Below the pieces are notes generated by a model that did not search any database, was not told the DNA's origin, and saw nothing but the letters and a program-made list of their open reading frames with translations. Of a stretch of DNA of 64,000 nucleotides, positions 18,785 through 27,935 are shown piece after piece. The stretch's first letter is position 1. Every line of letters starts with the position of its first letter. The translations under genes and the position numbers were made by a program. Source of the DNA: Candidatus Kutchimonas denitrificans (lineage in GTDB: Bacteria > Gemmatimonadota > Gemmatimonadetes > Palauibacterales > KS3-K002); the NCBI GenBank assembly GCA_011774835.1, contig JAACAK010000002.1, positions 17,685 to 81,684 on the forward strand, written 5' to 3'.

Positions 18785-19142
18785 CGACGCGGATCGCATC
18801 GATTTCCGAGCCATCGATCCGACGGGCGATGGAGAGCGGTTCGACGCAACCGTCGCCGCGATCATGGCAGCGGCCGGGCCCGAGCTGGCCGACCGACGGT
18901 ACAGCCAGGATGCGCTGGGCCAGCTGGCCGGCTGGTGGCGTCCGCTGCTGGCGGCGGCGGCCGTAACCGCGATCGTGGCGATCGCCACGCTGGCCGGCGT
19001 CGATCCGGACGGCCGTGAGACCCAATCGGGTACGGGAATCGCCGAGGCACTCGGGATGTCGGAGCAGGTCGCAACCTGGGTTCGCAGCAGCGAGGGGCCC
19101 GATCCGGCCGAGCTGCTGTTGACGCTGGAGGATGACCGATGA
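18777..19142 (+). CDS. single-pass membrane protein, putative anti-sigma factor (assigned by position)
   Basis: 121 aa. It overlaps the sigma gene by 8 nt and the next gene by ATGA. One TM helix (WWRPLLAAAAVTAIVAIATLAG). No zinc-finger motif was seen. Confidence 0.55.
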   Translation: MNDDADRIDFRAIDPTGDGERFDATVAAIMAAAGPELADRRYSQDALGQLAGWWRPLLAAAAVTAIVAIATLAGVDPDGRETQSGTGIAEALGMSEQVATWVRSSEGPDPAELLLTLEDDR

Positions 19143-19591
19143 AGGACGGTGTCGAATCGCTGGGTCGCATCAGGGCGCAGGGGATCGTGCTGCTGCTGGT
19201 CATGTTCGTCGTCGGCGTGCTGGCCGGTGTGGCCCTCGAGCGTGTTCGTATCGCCCGCAACGCGCCGTCCGGCGCCCGGCCGTTCGGGATGGGGCAGCCG
19301 TGGGCGGAAGGCCACCTCCCGATGATGTTCCGCGAGCTCGATCTGACGGCGGATCAGCGCGAGCGGATCGCCACCATCCTCCTGCAGAGCCGTCCCCGGA
19401 CCGAGAGGATCCTGCAGGAAATGCTGCCGCGCTTGCGGGCCGTGACCGACTCGGTTCGCGACGAAGTCCGCGCCGTGCTCACCGTCGAACAGGCCGCCAG
19501 GCTCGACAGCCTGATGGTCCGGATGCGCCCGCGCGGTCCGATGCACCAGGGACGGCCGGGGAGACGCGGGCCACCCGCGCCGGAACGCTGA
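19139..19591 (+). CDS. periplasmic LTXXQ-motif (Spy/CpxP/ZraP-like) protein
   Basis: 150 aa. N-terminal TM/signal anchor, plus two LTXXQ motifs (LDLTADQRERI and LTVEQAARL). Confidence 0.65.
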   Translation: MKDGVESLGRIRAQGIVLLLVMFVVGVLAGVALERVRIARNAPSGARPFGMGQPWAEGHLPMMFRELDLTADQRERIATILLQSRPRTERILQEMLPRLRAVTDSVRDEVRAVLTVEQAARLDSLMVRMRPRGPMHQGRPGRRGPPAPER

Positions 19592-19649
19592 ATCTCCGAT
19601 TCGCGGGGCCCCTTCGGGCCCGGGAACTGTCCTCGAACATGAGTGATCG

Positions 19650-20216
19650 ATGACCCGCTTTCAGATCGTACGAAGCTCTATCGCCGGCGCCCTGGCAGGC
19701 GTCGCTCTGCTGCTGTCGCTGAACGCCTGCGGCTCCGGTCCGGAGGTCGGCGTGATACCGGAACACCCCGACCTCACCGGCACCTGGCTGTTCAATCCGG
19801 ACGAAAGCGATCAGCCGGAAGACGAAGATCGGTCGCCGCCGGGTCCACCGGGCCGCGAGCCCAGCGCGAGTCGGACCCGAATTCCCATGTCGGCTGGCTT
19901 CATGCCGTCGGTGGCATTCAGGATCGAAGAGCAGGATTCCGCCCTGGTGTTCATCGATGCGCAGGGCCGACAGCGCACCATCTATCAAGACGGCCGACCG
20001 TTCCGGCAGCGCGTCGAAGGCCTGGGGATTCTGGGTGTGCAGGCCTGGTGGGACGGGGACGAGTTCGTGGTCCGCAAGCAGCTCGAAAGCGGTCCGACGA
20101 TCACCGAGACGTACGCGTTGAGAAACGAGGGTCGGCAGCTGACGGTCGAAATCAAGATCATCGCCCGCCGCAGGATCGAGTTTGTCAGGGTCTATGACCG
20201 GGCCAACGGGCCCTGA
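19650..20216 (+). CDS. hypothetical lipoprotein
   Basis: 188 aa with lipobox LLLSLNAC. Same orientation as the ECF operon, 58 nt downstream. Confidence 0.6.
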   Translation: MTRFQIVRSSIAGALAGVALLLSLNACGSGPEVGVIPEHPDLTGTWLFNPDESDQPEDEDRSPPGPPGREPSASRTRIPMSAGFMPSVAFRIEEQDSALVFIDAQGRQRTIYQDGRPFRQRVEGLGILGVQAWWDGDEFVVRKQLESGPTITETYALRNEGRQLTVEIKIIARRRIEFVRVYDRANGP

Positions 20217-20349
20217 CCCAAGGCCGAATCACCGAAAACCGGGATTCGACGATATGCACGCAACCCGTTTCTCTTTCCTCGGGCGGCGAAGCTTTATCTT
20301 TCGTCGGCCACCCCAGCCGCTCCACCTGCTCAGCCCGGCCCAGTAACCG

Positions 20350-21045
20350 TCAGGCAGCCAGAGCCAGGTCCACCGCCCTCTCGGCATGGACCCGGGTCGT
20401 ATCGAACGCGGGCAGCGGCGAATCCTCGGGCCTGACCAGCAGCCCGATCTCGGTGCATCCCAGGATCACGGCCTCGGCGCCATGCACGCCGAGCTCCGCG
20501 ATGATTCGCACGTACTCGCGCCGCGAGCTGTCCCGTATTTCGCCCTGACACAACTCGGCGAAGATGACCCGGTCGACCAACGCCTGGTCGTCAGCCAACG
20601 GAGTCACGACGTCCAGGCCATGGCGCTCTGCGAGCCGCCCGCGGTAGAACTCCTCTTGCATGGTGAATCGAGTGCCCAGCAGCCCGACGCGGCGGATGCC
20701 GGCGGCCCGGACCTGTCCGGCGGTGGCATCGGCGATGTGGACGAGCGGGATGCCAATCGCCGATTCGATGGTCGGGGCGACCTTGTGCATCGTGTTGCTG
20801 CACATGACGAGGAATTCGGCGCCGCCACTCTCGATCCGATGGGCAGCGTCCACCAGAATTTCAGCGGCCACGTCCCAGCGGTCTTCGTTCTGCAACGCCT
20901 CGATCTCCTCGAAGTCCACGCTGTAGAGGACGATCTTCGCCGAGCGCTGGCCGCCCAGCCGCCGTCTGACCTCGTGATTGATGATCCGGTAATACTCGAC
21001 CGTCGACTCCCAGCTCATCCCGCCCAGCATCCCGATCGTTTTCAT
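20350..21045 (-). CDS. aspartate/glutamate racemase family protein
   Basis: MKTIGMLGGMSWESTVEYYRIIN and ...AEAVILGCTEIGLLV are typical Asp/Glu racemase motifs. ATG 21045 is preceded by GGAGGA. Confidence 0.85.
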   Translation of the reverse strand: MKTIGMLGGMSWESTVEYYRIINHEVRRRLGGQRSAKIVLYSVDFEEIEALQNEDRWDVAAEILVDAAHRIESGGAEFLVMCSNTMHKVAPTIESAIGIPLVHIADATAGQVRAAGIRRVGLLGTRFTMQEEFYRGRLAERHGLDVVTPLADDQALVDRVIFAELCQGEIRDSSRREYVRIIAELGVHGAEAVILGCTEIGLLVRPEDSPLPAFDTTRVHAERAVDLALAA

Positions 21046-21136
21046 GGCGTCATCCTCCGTGGCCACGCGCCAACTCTGACCGCACGTCCCCCGGGGGATG
21101 GGTCCGCCACCCTACCCGCGCGGCAGCCGGATCGAG

Positions 21137-21760
21137 CTAAGCGCCGATCGAACTGACGGACAGACCGGCGACGTGGATGTCCAGCCGATGGTTGACCCGC
21201 AGGCCGACGACGCCCTCCACGTCCATCTCGGACCTCGGCAAGCTGTTGACTTTCTGCCCATTGACGTAGAAATCGACGCTCTCGCCGCTACACTCGATGG
21301 CGAGTGTGTTCTCCGCCGTTCCTTCCTGGCCCTCGTGCCCGACGATGGCCTCGTGCTCGGTCCACGGGACGATCACCTGGGTCTCATCTCCCGCCCGGTG
21401 CTTGATCAGGTAGTGGCCGTCCCCACGAATCAGGAAGTAGAGGTACGACTGATTCGGACCGTCCAGGTTCTCACCGCCCACGAAGACACCGAACCCCTCG
21501 CGCCGCGAGCTGGGGAACAGGTGGATCGTCGACTCCAGGCGGTAGGCGCCACTGGCCACCTGCGAGGGCTTGTAAAGGATCGCCCTCGGTCCGGTCGTCA
21601 CGTGCCATCCCGGGGCCATCGTCACGAAGTCGATCGCATCGTCGGGGGCCGGGTTATCGAAGCGGACCTTCCAGTCGGCGGGTCGCTCCTGCTGCGACTC
21701 CTGGGCCAGCGCCGGCGTGGCGAACAGGCCGAGAACCAGGGCGAAGGGGACCAATCGCAT
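21137..21760 (-). CDS. secreted beta-sandwich protein (DUF1080/LamG-like), function unknown
   Basis: ATG 21760 is preceded by AGGAGG. Signal peptide is MRLVPFALVLGLFATPALAQ. The family assignment is tentative. Confidence 0.55.
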   Translation of the reverse strand: MRLVPFALVLGLFATPALAQESQQERPADWKVRFDNPAPDDAIDFVTMAPGWHVTTGPRAILYKPSQVASGAYRLESTIHLFPSSRREGFGVFVGGENLDGPNQSYLYFLIRGDGHYLIKHRAGDETQVIVPWTEHEAIVGHEGQEGTAENTLAIECSGESVDFYVNGQKVNSLPRSEMDVEGVVGLRVNHRLDIHVAGLSVSSIGA

Positions 21761-21884
21761 TCGTATCCTCCTGTGTTGATTCACGAGACCATCGGATGTC
21801 GAGTTGGGAAAATACGCGTTGTGCTGTTCGGCGGGAAGCGTACGGCCATTCTACCGCGCTCCCGTCGTTTGCACTCCGACCGGG

Positions 21885-23543
21885 CTACATGCGCTTGTAG
21901 CTCGGCCCGCTGCCCCCTTCCCGCGGCGTCCAGCGCGGTCCCAGCACATCGGTCGCCTTGCAGTCGATGCAGTTGGGCGCGTTCACCACGAGCCCGTCGC
22001 CCTTCCGCTCGTAGACCCCGGCGGGACACATGTGAGCGTACAGGTCGGCGACGGCGCCCGGGACATCGTCACCGACGATAAGGTGCGAGGGGATGTCATC
22101 GCGGGTCGAGTTGCCCGACTGAAAGACGGCGTCGAGCTTGTTGATCGCCTGGTCGGCGGCGGAGAACTCGACCGGCGGCGTGACTTCGCGGGGCTCGGCT
22201 GCGTCGGCTTCCACGCCGATGCGGCTGCCGAACAACGCACCGCCCGACAGCCACATCAGCGCCGCCTTCAAGCCTCCGCCGTACAAACCGGACTTGAAGG
22301 CCAGCCGCATGTTGCGGGTTCGGTAGAGATCGGATCCTATGAAGCTGTCGCGCACCAGCGCATCGTAGTTCGCCAGACCGGCGGCGGAAGTGTCGTCTTT
22401 CTTCAGGGCCTCGAAGATCGCCCGGGCGGCGAACATCCCCGAGGCCACCGCGTAGTGGATCCCCTTCAGCGATGGCACGTCGACCAGGCCCGCCGCGTCG
22501 CCGGCGATGAGCAGCCCGTCGCCATGCAACCGTTCCGGAAGCGAGTAGTAGCCCCCCTCGGGTATCGTCTTGCCCCCCCACTCCAGCAGCTCGCCGCCCT
22601 CGAGGTACGGCGCCACCAGCGGGTGCTCCTTCAGCCGCTGCAGCAGCACGTGCACGTCGAGCGTCGATTGGCGGTAGTCGAGACCCACGACCAGGCCGAG
22701 CGAGATCAGATCATCCGCCATCGGATAGAGCCAGCTGCCGCCGAACGCGTCGTTCGGCAGCGGCCAGCCCATCGTGTGGATCACATTGCCCAGCGGCTTC
22801 TCGACCCGCCACAGCTCCTTCACGCCCAGAGCGTAGATCTGCGGGTTCGGTGACCCGACGCCTTGAGATTCCAGCCAGGCCTGTGTAAGCGAGCCGCGGG
22901 TGCCCTCGCAGAGCACGGTCACGCGAGCCGTGACGTCGGCCGGCGGCTCGTAGCCGCCCCCGGGGTTCCCGTCACGATCGAGGCCGGCTGGAGTCGTACG
23001 CACTCCCAGAACACGGTCTTTTTCGAGCAGCAGCGTGTCCGCCGGGAAGCCGGTGAAGATGTTGACGCCCGCCGCTTCGGCCTTTTCGCCCATCCAGCGC
23101 ACGATCTCGCAAATCGACGTCACGTAGTTGCCCCGATTGTGCATGGTCGGCGGCGTGGGCAACCTCCGGGCGCGTTTCTCGCTCAGCAGGTAGACCCGAT
23201 CCCGGGGCGCCGAGCGAGCAAACGGCAGGTCACCCTCGGCGACGTCGGGGAACAGCTCCCGAAACGGCCCCGGGTTCACGATGGCGCCGGAAAGACAGTG
23301 CTCGCCGAGCGCACCCGCCTTTTCCAGCACACCGATCTCCAGTTCCTCAAGCGCCGTGTCCTCTTTGGCGAGCCTCGCGAGCTCGATCGCACCCGCCAGG
23401 CCCGCGGGTCCGCCGCCGATGAAGAGAACATCCAGCGGCACCGCCTCCTCCGACGGCGCCTCTCTTGACAGAAGCCGATCGATCGGCAGCGACGGTTGGA
23501 AATCCTGCGGAGTGATGCGCTCGGGTGCGTTCCTATCGCTCAT
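21885..23543 (-). CDS. electron-transfer flavoprotein:ubiquinone oxidoreductase (ETF-QO)
   Basis: Start MSDRNAPERI. FAD-binding VLFIGGGPAGLAGAIELA and a C-terminal 4Fe-4S region (CPAGVYE...NCIDCKATD). The upstream 216 aa of the track ORF are junk. Confidence 0.9.
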   Translation of the reverse strand: MSDRNAPERITPQDFQPSLPIDRLLSREAPSEEAVPLDVLFIGGGPAGLAGAIELARLAKEDTALEELEIGVLEKAGALGEHCLSGAIVNPGPFRELFPDVAEGDLPFARSAPRDRVYLLSEKRARRLPTPPTMHNRGNYVTSICEIVRWMGEKAEAAGVNIFTGFPADTLLLEKDRVLGVRTTPAGLDRDGNPGGGYEPPADVTARVTVLCEGTRGSLTQAWLESQGVGSPNPQIYALGVKELWRVEKPLGNVIHTMGWPLPNDAFGGSWLYPMADDLISLGLVVGLDYRQSTLDVHVLLQRLKEHPLVAPYLEGGELLEWGGKTIPEGGYYSLPERLHGDGLLIAGDAAGLVDVPSLKGIHYAVASGMFAARAIFEALKKDDTSAAGLANYDALVRDSFIGSDLYRTRNMRLAFKSGLYGGGLKAALMWLSGGALFGSRIGVEADAAEPREVTPPVEFSAADQAINKLDAVFQSGNSTRDDIPSHLIVGDDVPGAVADLYAHMCPAGVYERKGDGLVVNAPNCIDCKATDVLGPRWTPREGGSGPSYKRM

Positions 23544-23807
23544 GACTCTGTCGAGTTGTCGTGGACGGGTTGGGCCGATGATTTCGCCCGGAAGATGGGA
23601 CTCGGCAGCGCCGTCGTCCAGCGGTCCCCCCGGTTGAGGGCCGGAGGTCGGGGCGTTCGACGGACCGCCATGGCCGCCCCCAGTCCCCTTCGCCGACAGA
23701 GTCGACGCGGACGACATCATTCCGTAGTGTAGGTCAATATAGACAGCCTGAGCACGCCGAGATGTTGAGGCGATCCGGAATCGGCCGGCTTCGCGACAGG
23801 GAGCGAG

Positions 23808-24764
23808 ATGAATTCGATGAGAACGATCGAGGAAGAGGCGATACGTGCCGCGGTGGGCGCGCCCGAGGCGCTGGACGCGGTTGAATCCGCCTTCGCCGCC
23901 CTGGGGAGGGGCGCGGCCAGCCTGCCCGCTCCCATGGGGCTCGAGATTCCAGAAGTGGAGGGCGAAGTCCACATCAAATCGGCCCACATCGCAGGGGCGC
24001 CGGTCTTCGCCGTCAAGATCGCCAGCGGCTTCTATCGAAACGTGGACCGGGATCTGCCAACCGGGAGCGGGCTGATGATGGTTTTCGCGGCCGACACCGG
24101 ATTCCCCGTCGCGCTGCTGCTGGACAACGGATACCTCACCGACTTGCGGACGGCTGCCGCCGGCGCCCTGGCCGCCCGCTACCTGGCTCACGAGCGGCTG
24201 GACACCGTGGCCGTGCTGGGCAGCGGCGTACAGGCCCGTTACCAGGCGTGCGCGCTACAGGGCGTGAGAAGCTGGCGACGCACCGTCGCCTGGAGCCCCA
24301 CAGCGGCGAACCTGCGCCGATACTGCACCGAGATGGAGACGGAACTGGGGATCCCCTTCACCGCCGCCGCCGAGCCCGAGGATGCCGTAGGCGCGGCGGA
24401 CCTGGTGATCACCGTCACACCGAGCCGTCGACCGCTGTTCGATGCGGCAGCGCTACGTGAGAACGCGACCGTGATCGCCGTCGGCTCCGATGGACCCGAC
24501 AAGCGCGAGCTGGCCACATCCGTCCTGGCCCGCGCCGACAAGATCGTGGTGGACCGGTTGAGCCAGTGCGCCGCCCTGGGTGAGCTGCATCACGCGGTGA
24601 CGGAGGGGAAGTTGAGCGAGGGCGATGTGCACGCCGAGCTGGGAGAAATCGTGATCGGCCAGGCGAAAGGTCGCGAGTCGGACGAGCTGATCATCTGCGA
24701 TCTCACCGGTGTGGGCGTTCAGGACGCGGCGGTCGCCGAGGTCGCCTGGCGCCGGGCCGGCTGA
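23808..24764 (+). CDS. ornithine cyclodeaminase/mu-crystallin family protein
   Basis: 318 aa. YLTDLRTAAAGALAARYLA and the Rossmann motif VAVLGSGVQARYQ are typical of the OCD family. Confidence 0.85.
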   Translation: MNSMRTIEEEAIRAAVGAPEALDAVESAFAALGRGAASLPAPMGLEIPEVEGEVHIKSAHIAGAPVFAVKIASGFYRNVDRDLPTGSGLMMVFAADTGFPVALLLDNGYLTDLRTAAAGALAARYLAHERLDTVAVLGSGVQARYQACALQGVRSWRRTVAWSPTAANLRRYCTEMETELGIPFTAAAEPEDAVGAADLVITVTPSRRPLFDAAALRENATVIAVGSDGPDKRELATSVLARADKIVVDRLSQCAALGELHHAVTEGKLSEGDVHAELGEIVIGQAKGRESDELIICDLTGVGVQDAAVAEVAWRRAG

Positions 24765-25204
24765 GCCCCGGGAACTCGGCGGCCCAGGGCGTGACAAGGG
24801 ACAGGTCCCCGGAATCGACTGGGGGCCCCGTGGTTGCGCCCGATGTTCCGGGATGGGCGGCATCGCTTCGGGACGGCGGGCGCTTTCTTTGCCTCAAACC
24901 GCGGATCCGCCGCGTCGGCCCACAGCTCTCAGCCGGTCCGCCATTTCCCTTTCTGACGCCGATTTGACACTTCGCGGCGACAATGAGACCCGGCATCGAT
25001 TCCCCCGCAAAGGGGCGGTGGGACGCATGGCAGGGCAAGACAATTGGCGACACCGCCGGGTTTCCGGGGTCCGCCGCCGTCAGGCGGCCTGAAGGCCGGC
25101 GGAGTCGGAAGCTCAGCCCCTGCAGCGACGGCGCCAGGGACTCTCCGCAGTACAAGCCGTCGCGCCGCCCGGTGTCGCCTTCTCCTTCCAGCCCCGCGGC
25201 ACGA

Positions 25205-25870
25205 TCACACCGGCCAGGCCTCTCCGTGCCAGCACATCTCCCAGAAAGCCCATTCGTAGCGGCTCGAGAGTAGGAAGGTGTTCTTCAGGCGGTCACGCTT
25301 ATCGGCGGTCGTGCCTTCGGCCAGCCGGTTCATCTCGCCTTTGAGCCAATCGGCCGCCTGGGCGAACTCCTCCGACGCGTATTGAGCGATCCAGTCGGCG
25401 TACCGTTGATCCTCCGGCCCGCCGACTTCGGCCAGGTGCTTTGCCACATGGACATAACCCCAGGCGCAAGGCAGCAGCGCCGCCACCAGATCGGCCATGT
25501 CCCCATCCGCCGCGGTGCGGACCAGGAAGTCCGTATAGGCTCGAGTGGTCGGCCACATGGGAGCGGCCTCGAGGTCGTCGGGCGACAGTCCGAACCTGGC
25601 GGCATACTGGCGGTGCAGATCCATCTCGGTGTTCAGCGTGAGGTCGAGAACCGTCGCGTACCACATCATCGATTCCAGGCGCTCGGCCTTCGCCGCCGCC
25701 CAGGCGAAGACGCGGGCGAATTCCTTCAGGTACCGATAGTCCTGCAGCACCCAGTTCGCGAATCTGTTTTCTTCCAACGAACCGTCGCCGATGCCCCGGA
25801 CGAAAGGATGTTCGAGTTGGGCGTCCCATATCGGCTCGGCGGCCGCCCGCAGCTCATCTGTGAACGCCAT
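25205..25870 (-). CDS. tenA: TenA-family thiaminase II / aminopyrimidine aminohydrolase (Cys-type)
   Basis: FTDELRAAAEPIWDAQLEHPFVRGIGDGSL, and LLPCAWGY containing the family's active-site Cys. Its start overlaps the stop of the upstream paralog (TGATG). Confidence 0.85.
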   Translation of the reverse strand: MAFTDELRAAAEPIWDAQLEHPFVRGIGDGSLEENRFANWVLQDYRYLKEFARVFAWAAAKAERLESMMWYATVLDLTLNTEMDLHRQYAARFGLSPDDLEAAPMWPTTRAYTDFLVRTAADGDMADLVAALLPCAWGYVHVAKHLAEVGGPEDQRYADWIAQYASEEFAQAADWLKGEMNRLAEGTTADKRDRLKNTFLLSSRYEWAFWEMCWHGEAWPV

Positions 25871-26535
25871 CACGCCACCTCCTCATCCAGACCCGGCCAC
25901 CCCGAACCGGTAGCCGCCATCTCCCAAAACGCCAGCTCGTATCGGGCCGTCAGCTCGAACAGGGTGGCCATCTCGCGGCGCTCGCCCGCGCCCACACCGT
26001 CTGCCAACTCGTCGAGGCTCGTCTGCAGAAAGTCGACCCACCCGCGGAACGCGTCGCTGGTCCAGTTTTCCACGAAGGGGAACCAGATCGATTCGTGATC
26101 GATCCCCGCCCGAACCACCATCCAGGAATCGTAGTAGGCCTTCTCGGCAACGTAGAGCACGGTGAATGCACCGGCGTACGATTTCGTGTAGGCGCTCGCC
26201 AGCAGGAACTGCACGTAAGCATGGTTCACGAAGGACGGTTCCACATCTTCCAGATCGACTCCCACCTTCTTCGCCCGCTCTTTAAAAAGCTCGAGCTCCT
26301 TTTCCAGAACGGGCAACGAGCCGCCCAGCGCCTGGCGATGCTCGAGCGGCGCGCGCGGCATCAGCGCGGCGATGAAGGGAATCGCCGCCTCGACGAACAG
26401 ATAGTCCTGTCGCATCCAGTTGGCGAAAGTCTCCTGCGGGATCACTCCATCCCTGGTCTGCTGGAGAAATCGGTGAGAGAGGATGCGGTCCCAGACCGGC
26501 TGTACCCGCTGCAGCTGCTCGGTGCTGAAGCCCAT
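25870..26535 (-). CDS. TenA-family protein, paralog without the active-site Cys
   Basis: 221 aa. VQPVWDRILSHRFLQQTRDGVIPQETFANWMRQDYLFV. The aligned position of the Cys motif reads VLYVAEKAYY. The ATG is preceded by GGGAG. Confidence 0.85.
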   Translation of the reverse strand: MGFSTEQLQRVQPVWDRILSHRFLQQTRDGVIPQETFANWMRQDYLFVEAAIPFIAALMPRAPLEHRQALGGSLPVLEKELELFKERAKKVGVDLEDVEPSFVNHAYVQFLLASAYTKSYAGAFTVLYVAEKAYYDSWMVVRAGIDHESIWFPFVENWTSDAFRGWVDFLQTSLDELADGVGAGERREMATLFELTARYELAFWEMAATGSGWPGLDEEVA

Positions 26536-26571
26536 GGCGGATCTCCCACGGTTGGAATCGAGAAGGTCGTC

Positions 26572-26668
26572 GCCAGGGATGGGGGTGGCTGACTCCCTGC
26601 GCCGGCATTACCCGGATCAGGTTCTGAGGGTGTGATCTCAGCCGGGAGACTCCCCAGCACCCCTGTCG
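26572..26668 (-). promoter_or_regulatory. TPP (THI-box) riboswitch
   Basis: The reverse strand reads CAGGGGTGCTGGGGAGTCTCCCGGCTGAGATCACACCCTCAGAACCTGATCCGGGTAATGCCGGCGCAGGGAGTC. All THI-element hallmarks are present (GGGGUGC, GCUGAGA, ACCC, AACCUGAUCCGGGUAAUGCCGGCG, AGGGA). It lies about 40 nt upstream of the first tenA ATG. Confidence 0.85.
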
Positions 26669-26750
26669 TATGTTCGCTACTACGATAACGACCACGGGCG
26701 GCCCTGCAAGTGCTCCCGCGGTCGTCGTCGTATCCGTCTCGACTTCCGGC

Positions 26751-27677
26751 TCAGTTACCGAGGAGCTCGAACTGCTTCACCGCAGCCCGAACGGTATTGC
26801 AGTGGATTTCCACCGTGTCCTCGAAGCGGAGCGCGTATCCGCCCGCCAGCGCGATCGCCACGGGGACCTGCCTGGCCGCGCACATCTCGAGCACCGATTC
26901 GTCTCGCTCGCGCAGGCCGTCCAGGCTGAGCTCGAGCCTGCCCAGCTGATCTTCACGGTAGGGGTCCGCGCCGGCCAGGTAGAAGACGAGATCCGGTCGG
27001 TGATCTTCGAGGATCGACGGCAGGTATTCCCGCAGCAATCGCAGGTACTCGGTGTCGCCGATCCCGTCGGCCAATCCAAGGTCCCGATCGCTGGGCGGCT
27101 TCCACATCGGGTAGTTGTTCTGCTGGTGAATCGAAAAGGTGTAGACCTCGGGCTCCTCGGAGAAGATCGCCGCCGTTCCGTTGCCCTGATGCAAATCGCA
27201 GTCGAACACCGCGGCCCGTTCGATCGACCCGTCGGCCCGGAGGACGCGGAGGGCGACCGCGACATCGTTGATCAGGCAGAAGCCCTCGCCGTGGTCAGGA
27301 AACGCGTGGTGAAAACCGCCGCCGAGGTGGGCCGCCAGACCACGCTCCAGCGCCAGCCGACCCGTCAGGATCGAGCCTCCGGCGCAGAGCCACATCGCCT
27401 GCTTCAGCTGGTTGGAATAAGGGAGCTCGAGCAATAGCTCGTCCTGTCGAGAAAAGCGGCCTTCCGTCATCTTCGACAGGTAACCCGCTGTGTGGACCAG
27501 GGCGATTTGCTCGTCCGCCGCGGGTTGGGGTCGTCGGATCGAATCTTCGCTTATCGTCCCCTCGTTCAGGAGCCGATCACGGATCGCCCGATACTTGCGA
27601 GTGGGAAAGACGTGGACTCCGATGTCGGCTTCGTAGGCTTCATCCCAAACGATCGGCAGTTCCCCGACTACACTCAT
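26751..27677 (-). CDS. histone deacetylase-family (arginase-fold) deacetylase
   Basis: GGGFHHAFPDHGEGFCLINDVAVA and FDCDLHQGNG motifs. ATG 27677 is preceded by AGGAGG. Confidence 0.85.
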   Translation of the reverse strand: MSVVGELPIVWDEAYEADIGVHVFPTRKYRAIRDRLLNEGTISEDSIRRPQPAADEQIALVHTAGYLSKMTEGRFSRQDELLLELPYSNQLKQAMWLCAGGSILTGRLALERGLAAHLGGGFHHAFPDHGEGFCLINDVAVALRVLRADGSIERAAVFDCDLHQGNGTAAIFSEEPEVYTFSIHQQNNYPMWKPPSDRDLGLADGIGDTEYLRLLREYLPSILEDHRPDLVFYLAGADPYREDQLGRLELSLDGLRERDESVLEMCAARQVPVAIALAGGYALRFEDTVEIHCNTVRAAVKQFELLGN

Positions 27678-27935
27678 CCAGGCCTCCTGCAAGCTGGCGC
27701 ACCGCGATGGTCTCCGGCTTCCGGATCACACCGCGCCGTAATTCAGCGTCCCCGGTCACATCCGCAGGCCTATCGACAATCGGCAGGGCCGGGTCGATCC
27801 GCAAGAAGGTCCTCGGTTGCCGTCTCAACCATCTCGAGCGGCGGATCAGCGCCAGGACGACGCGGTTCATCGCGCGACAATGGCGCCAGGCCTGCCATCG
27901 ACTAGCTTGTTTTCGTGCGTTATCGAAGTGCATCC

